A program made the position numbers and the translations under genes. DNA of 64,000 nt, from contig OY970320.1 of assembly GCA_963716745.1 (NCBI GenBank), positions 512,001-576,000 on the forward strand, written 5' to 3'. The stretch comes from an uncultured Gemmatimonadaceae bacterium (lineage in GTDB: Bacteria; Gemmatimonadota; Gemmatimonadetes; Gemmatimonadales; Gemmatimonadaceae). Below, one piece after another: positions 43,001 through 53,596 of the stretch. Every line of letters starts with the position of its first letter. Within the stretch, counting starts at the first letter, position 1. The notes under the pieces are model-generated. The model saw nothing but the letters and a program-made list of their open reading frames with translations. It was not told where the DNA came from and did not search any database.

Positions 43001-43399
43001 TCGCGCTACCGGTCGCGGGACTGCCTCCGGCTAGGCCGCTTTCGCTCAAACCGCTTCGAGCCTCGCGCACACGACGCGCGAGTCTCTCGCTTTTCGCTAA
43101 CGCGGCTGCGCCGGAGGCAATCCCGCTCCCTCTCATCGATCACGTGCGCTCGAGGCACGAACGTGGCGCTCGGCGCGCGCTAACCCATCGGCGCGCACAG
43201 ACGGACTCGCTCACTTCGCACCATCGTGCTCGCTGTGGGAGCTTGCGCGCCCGACGATCGATGAGAGGGAGCGACGCCGCCTCCGGCGCAGCCGCGATAG
43301 CGAAAAGCGAGAGACTCGCGGCGCCGTTCAGCCGCGAGGCTCGAAGCGGTTTGAGCGAAAGCGGCCTAGCCGGAGACGGAGTCGCGACCGGCTGCGCGA
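43001..43399. repeat. About 400-bp imperfect palindrome (giant hairpin)
   Basis: Perfect paired blocks: 43025-43067/43333-43375 (43 bp), 43077-43099/43298-43320 (23 bp), 43101-43118/43279-43296 (18 bp), 43124-43141/43256-43273 (18 bp). Confidence 0.92.
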
Positions 43400-43403
43400 G
43401 ATT

Positions 43404-43751
43404 CTATCCCGGCGGCCATGTCATGTCGCGGCCACCCATGAGATGCATGTGCAGATGAAAAACAGTCTGCCCCGCCCCCGCGTTCGTGTTCATGATCACG
43501 CGGTACCCCTGCTTCGCGATCCCTTCCTTGCGCGCTAGCTCGGCCGCGAACAGCGCCATGCGCCCGATCATCATCCCGTCGGTCGCTTCGTCCAGCGACG
43601 CCACATGTTCGCGCGGCACCACGAGGATGTGTACCGGCGCCTTCGGCGCGATGTCGCGGAACGCGACGCAGTGCGCGTCCTCGGCGACGATCGTCGCGGG
43701 GATCTCCTTGCGCACGATCCTGCAGAAGAGACAGTCGCTAGCCACGGGCAT
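43404..43751 (-). CDS. HIT family nucleotide-binding protein
   Basis: CLFCRI, GQTVFHLHMHLMGGR. Confidence 0.93.
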   Translation of the reverse strand: MPVASDCLFCRIVRKEIPATIVAEDAHCVAFRDIAPKAPVHILVVPREHVASLDEATDGMMIGRMALFAAELARKEGIAKQGYRVIMNTNAGAGQTVFHLHMHLMGGRDMTWPPG

Positions 43752-44491
43752 GCACTCGCGCTGAAGTGAGCGCCGCGCGCGCGATCCCGAGCGCGGCGAT
43801 CGCCGCGGTCTCGAAGCGCAGCGTGAGCGGGCCGAGCGACACCGGCGTGAATCCCGCGGCAAGCATCGCCGCGCGCTCTGCCGGCTCGAGTCCGCCCTCC
43901 GGACCCAGCGCGATCGTGATGGGCGCTTTCACCGGTTGCGACGTTGCCGAATCCCCGCTCGCGTCCAACAGCCAGCGCGCGCCGGCGGGGCACGCGGTGA
44001 GCGCGCGGTCCACCGGCGCATCGGGATACAGCACCGGCAGCCACGCGCCGCCGCACTGCGTGAGCGCGCTCACCATGCGCGCGCGCACACGCGTCTGGAA
44101 GCCCACGCCTTCGCCACGCGGGCTCACGTTACGCGAACGACGCCACATCACCGGCCGCCAGCTGAACACGCCGAGTTCGGTCGCCTTCTCCGCCAGCCAG
44201 AGCATGCGGTCGCGATCCGCAATCGGGAGCATCGAGATGGATGACCGGCAGCGGATCCTCGCGGTCCACGTTCTCGACCTCCACCATCGTGCCGCCTTTC
44301 GCGACCTTCACGATCTGCCCGAGCCCCACTGCGCCCGCGCCATCGACGAGACGCACGCGATCGCCGAGCGCGATGCGCAGCACGCGCGCGTGATGCGCCT
44401 CGCTCTCGCCGAGCGTCGTGACGCGCCCAGGAGCCATCGGCTCGCCGGCGAAGAACGTCGCTACCGCGGGACGATCGCGCAGCTCCACCAC
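43738..44491 (-). CDS. rsmE: 16S rRNA m3U1498 methyltransferase (frameshift near 44235)
   Basis: HHARVLR, EKATELG, GPEGG, LRFETAA. Confidence 0.9.
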
Positions 44492-45288
44492 TCTCCCTCC
44501 ACGAGTTCACGATGCATGGACCAGCCGCCCGCGGTGAGCGCGTCGACCATCATCGCGCGCTCGGTCGCGAGGATCCCGCTCAAGATGGCATGCCCGCCGG
44601 GCGCGAGCGCGCGCCGCATCGCCGGCGCGATCTCAAGCAGGACGCTCGAGATGATGTTCGCGAGGATCACCTGCACTGGCGCGACGAGCGGCAGCAGTAC
44701 CGCCGCGTCGCCGCGGATCAGCGTCACCTGCGCGTCCACGCCATTGCGGTGCACGTTCTCCTCCGCGTTGCCGAGCGCATCCGGATCCAGTTCGATCGCG
44801 ATCGCCTTGCGCGCGCCGAGGCGCACCGCCGCGATCGCCAGCACCGCGCTGCCCGCGCCGAGATCGGCCACCACGTCGCCGGGGCGCACGACGTCCTGCA
44901 TGAGCGTGATCACGCTCCGCGTGGTCTCGTGCTCGCCCGTTCCGAACGCCATCGCGGGCTCGATCACCACCGCGCATTCCGCATCCGCGATCTCGGCGGC
45001 CAGCCAAGGCGGCGCGACGGCCACGCGGCCGAGCCGCTGCACGCCCACTCGAGTCTTCCATGTCGCCGACCAATCGGCATCAGCGAGCAGCGTTCGGTCG
45101 ATCGCGCCGCCGCCCGCCGCATGCACCGCCTGCTCGAGCGCGTCGAAATCGGAGTCGCCGGTGAGATGCGTCACCAACTCGCCGTCGCCCTCCTGAATAG
45201 CGGATGCACCAGCCGCGACGAGCGCGCTCACGACATCCGCGCGCAGCCGCTCATCGGGGATCGTCACGCGCACCGCGAACCAACTCAC
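44461..45288 (-). CDS. prmA: Ribosomal protein L11 methyltransferase
   Basis: PAMAFGTGEHETT, DLGAGSAVLAI; follows dnaJ. Confidence 0.92.
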   Translation of the reverse strand: MSWFAVRVTIPDERLRADVVSALVAAGASAIQEGDGELVTHLTGDSDFDALEQAVHAAGGGAIDRTLLADADWSATWKTRVGVQRLGRVAVAPPWLAAEIADAECAVVIEPAMAFGTGEHETTRSVITLMQDVVRPGDVVADLGAGSAVLAIAAVRLGARKAIAIELDPDALGNAEENVHRNGVDAQVTLIRGDAAVLLPLVAPVQVILANIISSVLLEIAPAMRRALAPGGHAILSGILATERAMMVDALTAGGWSMHRELVEGEWWSCAIVPR

Positions 45289-45300
45289 GACGCTAGTCCC

Positions 45301-46425
45301 TCACGCACCCAGTGCCTCCTTCAGCCAGCCCCACAGATCCTTGGGTCTCCGCTCCGGCGGCGCCGACTCCACCGCGCGCAATTGCTCCAGCGCCTTCTTC
45401 TGCTCGGCGTTCACCGAGCTGGGCGTCCAGAGTTGCACGCGCACGTGCAGGTCGCCGTTCCCCTTCTCGTTCACGCGCGGCAGTCCGCGCCCGCGGATCG
45501 TGAACACGTGCCCGCTCGGCGTGCCGGCCGGCAGTCGCAGCGAGAGCACACCACCGACGCCCGGCACCCCGATATCCGCGCCGAGCACGAGCTGCGGATA
45601 CGTCACCAGCACTTCGGTGAACAGCTCGGCGCCGTCACGCTCGAAGCGCGGATCGTCCTGCACCTCGAACACCACCGCGATGTCGCCGCGCGGTCCGCCG
45701 CGCGGACCCGCGTTGCCCACGCCGCGCATCACCATGTACTGGCCGCTCGACACGCCAGCGGGCACCTGCACCTTGAGCGCATGCTCGCCGCGCACGCGGC
45801 CGTCGCCTTTGCACTTCTTGCAGGGTGTCTCGATGATCTGGCCGGCGCCGGAGCAGGTCGGACAGGGCGCGACGCTCACGAACTGCCCGAAGAACGAACG
45901 CTGCGCGCGCTGTACCTCGCCGCGACCCGCGCACGTGGGGCAGCGCTTCGCGGAAGTGCCCGGCTCGGCGCCACTCCCGGAACATTTCTCGCACCCGTCG
46001 AGCAGCTTTACGTTCACGCTGCGCTCGGTGCCCGCAGCCGCCTCGGAGAAATTCAGCGTCACGTTCACACGCACATCGGCGCCCGTCGTCGCGCCGCCGC
46101 GGCCGCCCCCGCCGAACAGGTCCTCGATGCCGCCCATGCCGAAGTTCTGCATGAAGACGCTGAGCGCTTCGCTCAGGTCCACGTGATGCACGGAGCCCGC
46201 GCCGCGGCGGAGCCCCGCCTCGCCGTACCGGTCGTAGAGCGCGCGCTTCTGTTCATCGCCGAGCACTTCGTACGCCTCGGTGATCTCCTTGAAGCGCTCC
46301 TCCGATTCCTTCGAACCGTCGTTGCGGTCGGGATGGTACTGCATCGCGAGCTTCCGGTAGGCCTTCTTCAGGTCCTCCGGTGAGGCGTCGCGCGTAAGTC
46401 CGAGCAGTGCGTAGTAGTCGGCCAT
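45301..46425 (-). CDS. dnaJ: Chaperone DnaJ
   Basis: HPD J-domain, four CxxCxGxG repeats. Confidence 0.97.
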   Translation of the reverse strand: MADYYALLGLTRDASPEDLKKAYRKLAMQYHPDRNDGSKESEERFKEITEAYEVLGDEQKRALYDRYGEAGLRRGAGSVHHVDLSEALSVFMQNFGMGGIEDLFGGGGRGGATTGADVRVNVTLNFSEAAAGTERSVNVKLLDGCEKCSGSGAEPGTSAKRCPTCAGRGEVQRAQRSFFGQFVSVAPCPTCSGAGQIIETPCKKCKGDGRVRGEHALKVQVPAGVSSGQYMVMRGVGNAGPRGGPRGDIAVVFEVQDDPRFERDGAELFTEVLVTYPQLVLGADIGVPGVGGVLSLRLPAGTPSGHVFTIRGRGLPRVNEKGNGDLHVRVQLWTPSSVNAEQKKALEQLRAVESAPPERRPKDLWGWLKEALGA

Positions 46426-47471
46426 CAGTCGATAAGCTCGGCGATCAGTCGAGAGGTATGAGTCACGAGCGAAATGACCTTCTCGTACGGCATGCGCGTG
46501 GGACCGATCACGCCGATCACACCGGCGAGGCCGCCCACGTGGAACTCGGCGGTCACGAGCGTGAACTCGGCGAGCGCGGGATCGGTGTGCTCCTGCCCGA
46601 TCGTGATCGAGAGTCCCGCCTGCGCGTGCCGCGCGCGCATAAGTCCGCCCAAAGCGCCAGGACGATCGGTAAGCGCGAGCAGACGGCGCAGGCTGGCGCC
46701 GCTCGCGAATTCCGGCTGCTCCACCAGCACCAATGTCTGCCCGAGCAGGACCGGCGATTCGTCGAGCGGCTTGGTCATGTCGAAGAGCTGCTCGCCTTCC
46801 TGCACGAAGATGTTCAGCAATTCCTTCGCATCGCGCGGGGCCGCCGTGTCGCGCAGCCGGTCCGCGAGCGACGCGCGGATCTCGCGCAGCGTGAGTCCCG
46901 CGAGACGTTCATTGAGGATGCGCGCCACCTCGGCCATCGCGGCTTCGGCCACCTCGCCGGGCACTTCCACGAAAATGCTCTGCGCCGCGCCGCCGGTGAG
47001 GCGGAGCACCATGAGCAAGCGTTCGCTCGAGAGCCGCACCAGTTCCAGCCGCTCCAATCGCGCGAGCGCCAGCTGTGGACCGAGTGCAACGCCCAGTTCC
47101 TGCGTGAGCACGCCGAGCACCTGCGCCGCACGCCTCAGGATGGCTTCGATCGCCGTGCCGCCCGCCGACATCTCGCCGATGAGCCGCTCACGCGACCCCT
47201 TATCGAGCGCCGCCGGCGCGTGCATGAGCGAATCTACGTACACGCGATACGCCATGTCGGTCGGCACCCGCCCGGCCGACGTATGCGGGTGGAAGAGGAA
47301 GCCCTTCTCCTCCAGATCGCTCATCGTGTTGCGGATCGTCGCGGGCGACACGCCAATGCCGAAGCGGCGCGAGATGGTACGCGAGCCCGCGGGCTCGGCC
47401 GTCTCCACGTAGCTCTGGATGACCGCCTCGAGCACCCGGCGCTCGCGATCGGTAAGTGACTGCGGCGGCAT
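46425..47471 (-). CDS. hrcA: Heat-inducible transcription repressor
   Basis: [13 protein letters not shown]...[17 protein letters not shown]. Confidence 0.96.
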   Translation of the reverse strand: MPPQSLTDRERRVLEAVIQSYVETAEPAGSRTISRRFGIGVSPATIRNTMSDLEEKGFLFHPHTSAGRVPTDMAYRVYVDSLMHAPAALDKGSRERLIGEMSAGGTAIEAILRRAAQVLGVLTQELGVALGPQLALARLERLELVRLSSERLLMVLRLTGGAAQSIFVEVPGEVAEAAMAEVARILNERLAGLTLREIRASLADRLRDTAAPRDAKELLNIFVQEGEQLFDMTKPLDESPVLLGQTLVLVEQPEFASGASLRRLLALTDRPGALGGLMRARHAQAGLSITIGQEHTDPALAEFTLVTAEFHVGGLAGVIGVIGPTRMPYEKVISLVTHTSRLIAELID

Positions 47472-47481
47472 GATGTGCAAG

Positions 47482-48594
47482 CTAGGAACGACTCGCGATG
47501 CCGGTCAAGTGAGTCGCGAGCGTATCGAGACGCAGCCAGCCCGTCGCGGTGAGGCGGAGGCGGTCGCCGGTCACCGTCGCCCAGCCGGCGTCGATCCACG
47601 GCGCGGCGGTTTCGAGGAGCGACGGCGTGGTCGCGAGACCATCCACGGTGCGGAGGCCGAGGTACACGCGCTCGGCGTCCTCGTTGGCGGCGGAGAGCAC
47701 TTCGGAGTCTTCGACCACGTCGCCGCCACCCAGCGCCGCGCGCGACCACTCGGCGTACGGCGCGATGTTCCACCACCGCCGCTCGCCATCGAACGAATGC
47801 GCCGACGGACCGAGTCCGAGGTACGGAACGCGGCGCCAGTAACTCCCGTTGTGGCGGGCGCGCGCACCAGGGCGCGCGTAATTGCTCACTTCGTAGTGCT
47901 CGAAGCCGGCGGCGGAGAGACGATCGTGCGCCGCGAGGAATTCGCGCTCATACTTCTCCTCCGGCGCCTCGGTGACATCGCCACGCGCCTGCCAGCGGCC
48001 GAGCGGGGTGCCGGGTTCAACGGTGAGGCCGTAGAGGGAGAGATGATCCGGCGACAGCGAGAGCGCGTGCGACAGATCGCGCTCCCAGTCGCGGCGCAGG
48101 GCGGAGGGCAGCGCGAAGATGAGATCGAGCGAGAGGTCGCTGATGCCGCCGGCACGCGCGTGGTCCACGGCGCGCGCCGTTTGATCGGGCGTGTGCGTGC
48201 GGTGCATCCACTCGAGTACCTTGGCATCGAAACTCTGCGCGCCGATGGAGAGGCGGTTCATCCCGGCCGCGCGCCAGCTTTTCACGGCCTCGAGCGTGAC
48301 GTCGTCCGGGTTGGCCTCGAGGGTGACTTCGGCGTCGGGCGCGAAGGTGAATCGGGTGCGCAGCACGTCGAACAACCGCGCGATCCCGTCCGCGCCAAGC
48401 AGCGAGGGAGTGCCGCCACCGAAGTAGACGGTGCGGAGAGAATCGGCTTGGCGATCAGCCTGACGCAGCTTGAGTTCTGCGTCAACTGAGCGTACGAAGT
48501 CATTGGCAGGTATGACTTTCCGGACCGCGATGGAGAAATCGCAGTAACTGCATTTCCGGCGGCAGAAGGGGACGTGAACGTAGAGGTGTTTCAT
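47482..48594 (-). CDS. hemW: Radical SAM heme chaperone HemW
   Basis: LYVHVPFCRRKCSYCDF, GGGTPS, YEVSNY. Confidence 0.92.
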   Translation of the reverse strand: MKHLYVHVPFCRRKCSYCDFSIAVRKVIPANDFVRSVDAELKLRQADRQADSLRTVYFGGGTPSLLGADGIARLFDVLRTRFTFAPDAEVTLEANPDDVTLEAVKSWRAAGMNRLSIGAQSFDAKVLEWMHRTHTPDQTARAVDHARAGGISDLSLDLIFALPSALRRDWERDLSHALSLSPDHLSLYGLTVEPGTPLGRWQARGDVTEAPEEKYEREFLAAHDRLSAAGFEHYEVSNYARPGARARHNGSYWRRVPYLGLGPSAHSFDGERRWWNIAPYAEWSRAALGGGDVVEDSEVLSAANEDAERVYLGLRTVDGLATTPSLLETAAPWIDAGWATVTGDRLRLTATGWLRLDTLATHLTGIASRS

Positions 48595-48621
48595 CTCACT
48601 AAAGATAGAACGGCGGCGGTG

Positions 48622-48762
48622 GTACCGCTGACGGCGGGGGTGGTACCGCAAATGGCGTTTGTGGCGCTTGGCGTTGGGACTGCTCGCTCCGAGGAGCCCG
48701 CGGTCACCAACGCCAAGCGCCACACGCGCCATTCGCGGTACCACCCCCGCCGTTCGCGGTAC
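48622..48762. repeat. About 140-bp intergenic hairpin between dprA and hemW
   Basis: 48631-48649/48735-48753 (19 bp) and 48660-48677/48707-48724 (18 bp) are perfect inverted pairs. Confidence 0.85.
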
Positions 48763-49754
48763 TAGACCCGCCGTCGTATTTCTCCCGTGAGCAGACATTC
48801 GATCGCGCCAGTCACCTCGAGCGCGCTCACCGCCACCACGCACTCCCGCGCCGGCAATCCAGCGCGGGCGCTGAGATCATCGATGTACGCCTCCCCGTCG
48901 GCCAACGCGGTCCACACCGCCAACTCGGCGCCCGTCTTGAACTCCGGGTTCCGCGGCCGCTTGGGTCCGGTCTTCTCGAAGAGCATCAGCGCATCCGCGA
49001 CTTCGGCGATCATGATCGCTCCATCGCGCAGAAGCAGGTTCGAGCCAGCACTCTGCGGCGAATCGATGTCGCCGGGCACCGTCGCCACCGTGCGGCCGAG
49101 TTCGAGCGCATGATTTGCGGTAATGAGCGCCCCACTATCCCGCGGCGCTTCGATGACGATCGTCACCTGCGCCAGCGCCGCGATGATCCGGTTGCGTTTG
49201 GGAAATGAACCCGCGCTCGCGCGATCGCCCGGCAGCTCCTCGCTCAAAAGCAGGCCACGCGCGCCGATCTGCTTGTGGAGCGGCCCGTGGTCGCTTGGAT
49301 ACGCGATGTCCACGCCAGTGCCGAGCACCGCCGCGGTGCGGCCGTTGGCGCCGAGCGCGGCGCGATGGGCGGCGGCATCGATCCCGCGTGCCATGCCACT
49401 GATCACGGAAACCCCCGCACGCGTGAGGGACGTGGCGATGGCGTGCGTCATGCGCTCGCCGTAATGCGTGGCTCGGCGGGTGCCGACGATCGCCACGACG
49501 GGCGGCTCGATCGCGGCAAGATCGCCGATAGCGAACAGCACGGGCGGCGGGTCGCGGAGGTCCTTGAGCGCGGCGGGGTATTCTGCGTCCAGCGACGAGA
49601 TCACCCGTGCCCCGCAGTCACCTGCACGCGCGAGCACCCCGTCAGCCTGCTCGAACGCACGCTCGCACGCCTCTGCAGTGCTCCCGGCGCCATCGATCGC
49701 CTGCGTGACGGACCCAAATTCCGCCAAGAGTTCCGCGAATCGAACCGCTCCCAC
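48762..49754 (-). CDS. dprA: DNA-processing protein DprA (start uncertain)
   Basis: AIVGTR, SGMARGIDAAAH, FPKRNRIIA, SGALITA. Confidence 0.93.
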   Translation of the reverse strand: MGAVRFAELLAEFGSVTQAIDGAGSTAEACERAFEQADGVLARAGDCGARVISSLDAEYPAALKDLRDPPPVLFAIGDLAAIEPPVVAIVGTRRATHYGERMTHAIATSLTRAGVSVISGMARGIDAAAHRAALGANGRTAAVLGTGVDIAYPSDHGPLHKQIGARGLLLSEELPGDRASAGSFPKRNRIIAALAQVTIVIEAPRDSGALITANHALELGRTVATVPGDIDSPQSAGSNLLLRDGAIMIAEVADALMLFEKTGPKRPRNPEFKTGAELAVWTALADGEAYIDDLSARAGLPARECVVAVSALEVTGAIECLLTGEIRRRV

Positions 49755-49800
49755 ACCGGGAAGGAGCGAGAGCGCGAGCGCATCGCGCCGCGCTTCGGCC

Positions 49801-50829
49801 TCAGGGTCGCGCGGCGTCCTCCGCCTTCGCGGCCATGGTGGCCGCCTTTCGCATGGAGAGCAGCGTGGTCCACCAGGCGTCGAGCAGGGTATCGAGCCCC
49901 TGCCGGGCCGCGCTGCTGATCGCGTAGATCCCGATCGCCTCAGGCGCGTCGATGGGCGGCGGATCCAGCTCGCCCATCAGATCCATCTTCGTGAACACCA
50001 CGCAATGCGGCTTCGCCGCGAGATCGGCCGAGTAACTCGCGATCTCTTTGCGCAGTGCGTCGTACTCCACCTGCCAGTCCAGCGCGTCCACCGGGATCAA
50101 GAACGCGAGGATGCGCGTGCGCTCGATGTGCCGCAGGAACTGCAGGCCGAGTCCCTTCCCTTCGTGCGCGCCTTCGATGATGCCGGGAATGTCGGCCACC
50201 ACGAACGTGCGATGATCGCTGAGCGGCACCACGCCCAGATTCGGCGACAGCGTGGTGAACGGATAATCCGCGATCTTGGGGTGCGCGGCGGAGATCACCG
50301 AGAGCAGCGTGGACTTCCCCGCGTTCGGCGAACCCACGAGGCCCACGTCGGCGATGAGCTTGAGTTCGAACTCGAGGTCTCTGATCTGCCCTTCTTCGCC
50401 CGGCTGCCATTCGCGCGGCGACTGATGCGTCGCGGTGGCGAAGAAGGTGTTCCCCTTCCCGCCGCGCCCGCCCTTGGCGACGACGAACGTGTCGCCGTCG
50501 CCGAGGATCTCGCCGAGCAACTCGTTCGTCTTGGCGTCGCGGATGACTGTGCCGGGCGGCATCGGCAGCACGACGTCGGCGCCCGACGCGCCCGTCTTGT
50601 TGTTCCCGCTGCCATGCTCGCCACGCTCTGCCACCCACCGGTCGCGATACGTGTAGTCGAGCAGCGTACTGAGATTGCTGTCGCCGCGTACGATCACGTC
50701 GCCGCCGCGACCGCCGTCGCCGCCATCGGGGCCGCCCATGGGCACGCGATGCTCACGCCGGAAGCTCGAGCATCCGGAGCCGCCGGTGCCGGCTTCGACG
50801 TGCACGCGTGCGCGGTCGATGAAGGCCAT
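49801..50829 (-). CDS. obgE: GTPase ObgE
   Basis: Gly-rich Obg fold, GSPNAGKST, YPFTT, DIPG. Confidence 0.97.
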   Translation of the reverse strand: MAFIDRARVHVEAGTGGSGCSSFRREHRVPMGGPDGGDGGRGGDVIVRGDSNLSTLLDYTYRDRWVAERGEHGSGNNKTGASGADVVLPMPPGTVIRDAKTNELLGEILGDGDTFVVAKGGRGGKGNTFFATATHQSPREWQPGEEGQIRDLEFELKLIADVGLVGSPNAGKSTLLSVISAAHPKIADYPFTTLSPNLGVVPLSDHRTFVVADIPGIIEGAHEGKGLGLQFLRHIERTRILAFLIPVDALDWQVEYDALRKEIASYSADLAAKPHCVVFTKMDLMGELDPPPIDAPEAIGIYAISSAARQGLDTLLDAWWTTLLSMRKAATMAAKAEDAARP

Positions 50830-51479
50830 TAACTCACCGCCTGCACGCGCGACCAGAGATGCGCGATGCGCGCGTTGCTGTCCGCGCCCAATCCCGCGCC
50901 CGCCACCGCGAGCGCACCATCGATCTCGCCCGCCGTCGCGCCCGCGTGCAGCGCGCCATGCAAGTGCGAATGCAGTTGACGGTCCTGCTCCGTAGCCGCG
51001 CACACCGCCGCCACGCAGAGTTCCCGCCGTTTGAGGTCGAGCCCAGGCCGCCCCAGCACCCGGCCGTAGCCGGTCTCGATCATCCAGTCGTCGAGCGCCG
51101 GATGCAGCCCGCGGATATTCACGCGCAGCCGCTCGTACAGCGGCCCGTACACGGTGACGCACGTGCTCTCGCCGCGCGCGAGCCAGTCGGCGGCGCCGCG
51201 CACCTGCTCGTCGGGGTCCACCGATGGCGCAGCGCGGAGCGACGCTTTGCGCCAGGCGCGCATCGCGTTCAGCGTACGCGGGAATCCGACGAACAAGAAT
51301 GACTGCAGGATGACTTCCTCGATCCACTCAGGGTTCACGCCGCTGCGCGCCGCGCGCGCTGCGCCGTCGCGCAGCGCTGTTTCATCGCCCACGGCGATCA
51401 CGACCGCGAGCGCCACCAGGGCGCGCGTCGCGTCGTCCAGGCCGTGCACGCTAGCATGTGCGGCAGAGGTCTGCGTCAT
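50829..51479 (-). CDS. Carboxymuconolactone decarboxylase (AhpD-like) family protein
   Basis: YGRVLGRPGLDLKRREL...QLHSHLHGAL..GA. Confidence 0.8.
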   Translation of the reverse strand: MTQTSAAHASVHGLDDATRALVALAVVIAVGDETALRDGAARAARSGVNPEWIEEVILQSFLFVGFPRTLNAMRAWRKASLRAAPSVDPDEQVRGAADWLARGESTCVTVYGPLYERLRVNIRGLHPALDDWMIETGYGRVLGRPGLDLKRRELCVAAVCAATEQDRQLHSHLHGALHAGATAGEIDGALAVAGAGLGADSNARIAHLWSRVQAVS

Positions 51480-51509
51480 CGAATCGCGGCGCGAAGGATC
51501 ACCGTCGCG

Positions 51510-52497
51510 CTAGGCAACGGGCCGGATCTCCCCCACCGTCGCGCCGCGCGTGTTCACGATGGGCGTGCGCAGGAAAGCGGCGAGCCGCGGCGGCAGCTCG
51601 GCGGGCAGCACGTCGAGGTACTGCAGCAGGCGGATCACCGCGGGGTGCTGCGCGCGGAAAGCGCCGTCGCCCACCTTCACCACCGCCGCGAGACCGCGCT
51701 CGGGCATCGCCACCGCGTGTACGCCTTCGGCGCCGATCTTCGCGATCACTCGGCCCTGCGTCTCCTCCATGAGCACCGTGTCGAAGCGGTCCGTACCGCC
51801 CACGAGGAACGGATGCGCGCGCATCGCGCCGAAGATGCGCGCGGGCGCGCCCATCGCCGGCGTGCGCGGCGGCGGCGAAGCGCGCGAGTCCGGCCGCGAA
51901 CGTCTGCATCGGCAATCCGAACGCGGCCACGCCGCAGCCGTCGGTCATCATCTTCACGCTCGATGGTTCGATCTCGCACCACTTCGCGAGCGCCTGCACC
52001 GCATGCTGCTGCACGGGGTGTACGCACTGCTCGTAGCCGCGCGTGGGCCACTTCTGCACCTGCGCGAAGGCGAGCATCGCCGCGTGCTTGCCCGAGCAGT
52101 TGTTGTGCAGGCGCGTCGGACTCTCGCCCGCTTCCTTGAGCGCCTTCTGCCCGCGCCGCGTGAGCGGCTCGTGCGCGCCGCACGCGAGATCGCCCTCCTC
52201 CAGGCGGAGCGTGCCGAGCATGCGGCTCACGATCTCGATGTGCTCGGGCTCGCCGCCGTGGCTCGCGCAGGCCATCGCGAGCATCTCGTCGGTCCACGCG
52301 AGTTCGTCGTACGCGCCGCTGTCGACGAACGGGAACGCTTGGAAGGGCTTCGCGCAACTGCGCATGACGGTCGACATCGCGGGATCGCCGGCGGATGCGC
52401 GCAGCGCGCCCGTGTGGTCGGCAACGGCCGCGTGTACGCGGTGCCGCGATTCGATCATGTCGCCGCGCGTCGCGACGATGTCCAGCTCAAGCCGCAT
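51510..52497 (-). CDS. L-asparaginase II family protein (frameshift near 51845)
   Basis: RSCAKPFQA, CASHGGE, NNCSGKH, DGCG, AKIGAEG. Confidence 0.88.
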
Positions 52498-53404
52498 CGG
52501 TCACCACCGGTGGCGCATGCGCGACGCCAGGCGTGCGCATGAGCGTGATCAATATTCCCATCAGAAGCACCGCGCCGCCCGCGAGCGTGAGCGGCGGCGG
52601 GATCTCGCGAATCCCGGGGAGCAGCGCCGCGATGATCGTCGCGCCGATCGGCTCGCCCAGGACGGTGAGGTTCACCACGTACGCCGGAAGATAACGCAAT
52701 GCCCAGTTCATCCCGGTATGGCCGAGCATCATGGGCCCGAGCGCGAGCGCCGTGAAGATCGCGAATTCGCGCGGCGGCTGCGGCAGGAGCGGCGTGCTGG
52801 CGACGAGCGCGAACAGGAGCAGCGTGACGAGGCACGCGCCGTAGACCAGCGCCACATAGGGCCAGAGGTCGAGCGTGCGGCGCAGGCGCCGGCCGACGAG
52901 ATAGTACAGCGCGCCGGTGATGGCGCCGGAGAACGCGAGCAGATCGCCGGCCACGGCGTGCGGCGGAGCGCCGGCGCTCGTGGAACCCGCGTCGGCGAGC
53001 CCCACGATCATCGCCCCGACGACCGCGATGAGGATCCCGATCCACTGCCCTCGGCTCGGCGATTCCTTGAGCCACATCGCGCTCGCGCCGGCCACGATCA
53101 CCGGCTGCATGTCCACGAGCAGCGTGCTGGCGCTGATCGTGGTCATGCGCAGTGACGCGTTCCACGCCCAGAAGTGCAGTGCCAGCATCGCGCCCGCGCC
53201 GAGCGCGATCGCGAGGTCGAATCGGGAGAGTCGGCGCCACTGGCGCCAGCTGCCCATCGCGGCGACGATCGCGCCGATGAGGAGCATGGAGATCGCGAGC
53301 CGCCAGACCGCGACCGCCAGCGGGTCGGCATGCGAGATCCGGATGAGCGGGCCGGCGAAGCTGATGCCGAGGACTGATAAGGCGAGAACGACGAGGGGCG
53401 GCAC
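52487..53404 (-). CDS. DMT/EamA family transporter (start uncertain)
   Basis: About 10 TM segments in two EamA repeats; 'LGEPIGA'. Confidence 0.85.
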   Translation of the reverse strand: MPPLVVLALSVLGISFAGPLIRISHADPLAVAVWRLAISMLLIGAIVAAMGSWRQWRRLSRFDLAIALGAGAMLALHFWAWNASLRMTTISASTLLVDMQPVIVAGASAMWLKESPSRGQWIGILIAVVGAMIVGLADAGSTSAGAPPHAVAGDLLAFSGAITGALYYLVGRRLRRTLDLWPYVALVYGACLVTLLLFALVASTPLLPQPPREFAIFTALALGPMMLGHTGMNWALRYLPAYVVNLTVLGEPIGATIIAALLPGIREIPPPLTLAGGAVLLMGILITLMRTPGVAHAPPVVTDAA

Positions 53405-53470
53405 TGCGGTCCGGGTTGGGTTGCGAGTGAAAGCTAGTCGAGGCTGGGTGGGTACGGGACTCCTACCGAC

Positions 53471-53572
53471 GCGGGAAGCGGGAAGCGGGAAGCGCCGCGG
53501 GAAGCGCGAACGGCGCGTTGACCCCTCGCGCCGTTGACGCATCCCGCGGCGCTTCCCGCTTCCCGCTTCCCG
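53471..53572. repeat. Heptamer (GCGGGAA)n inverted-repeat element, empty copy
   Basis: (GCGGGAA)3GCGCCGCGGGAAGCG...TCCCGCGGCGC(TTCCCGC)2TTCCCG; same arms as 56184-56727. Confidence 0.92.
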
Positions 53573-53596
53573 TCAGTGGCAGTATGCTTACGTCCG

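Noticed and set aside
7541..46383. Many long Arg/Ala-rich ORFs antisense to or overlapping real genes (e.g. 7541-9295, 27585-29750, 44512-46383)
   Set aside because: Shadow ORFs caused by high GC and stop-codon scarcity; no motifs.
47460..48760. CIRCE operator upstream of hrcA/dnaJ
   Set aside because: No TTAGCACTC-N9-GAGTGCTAA match seen.
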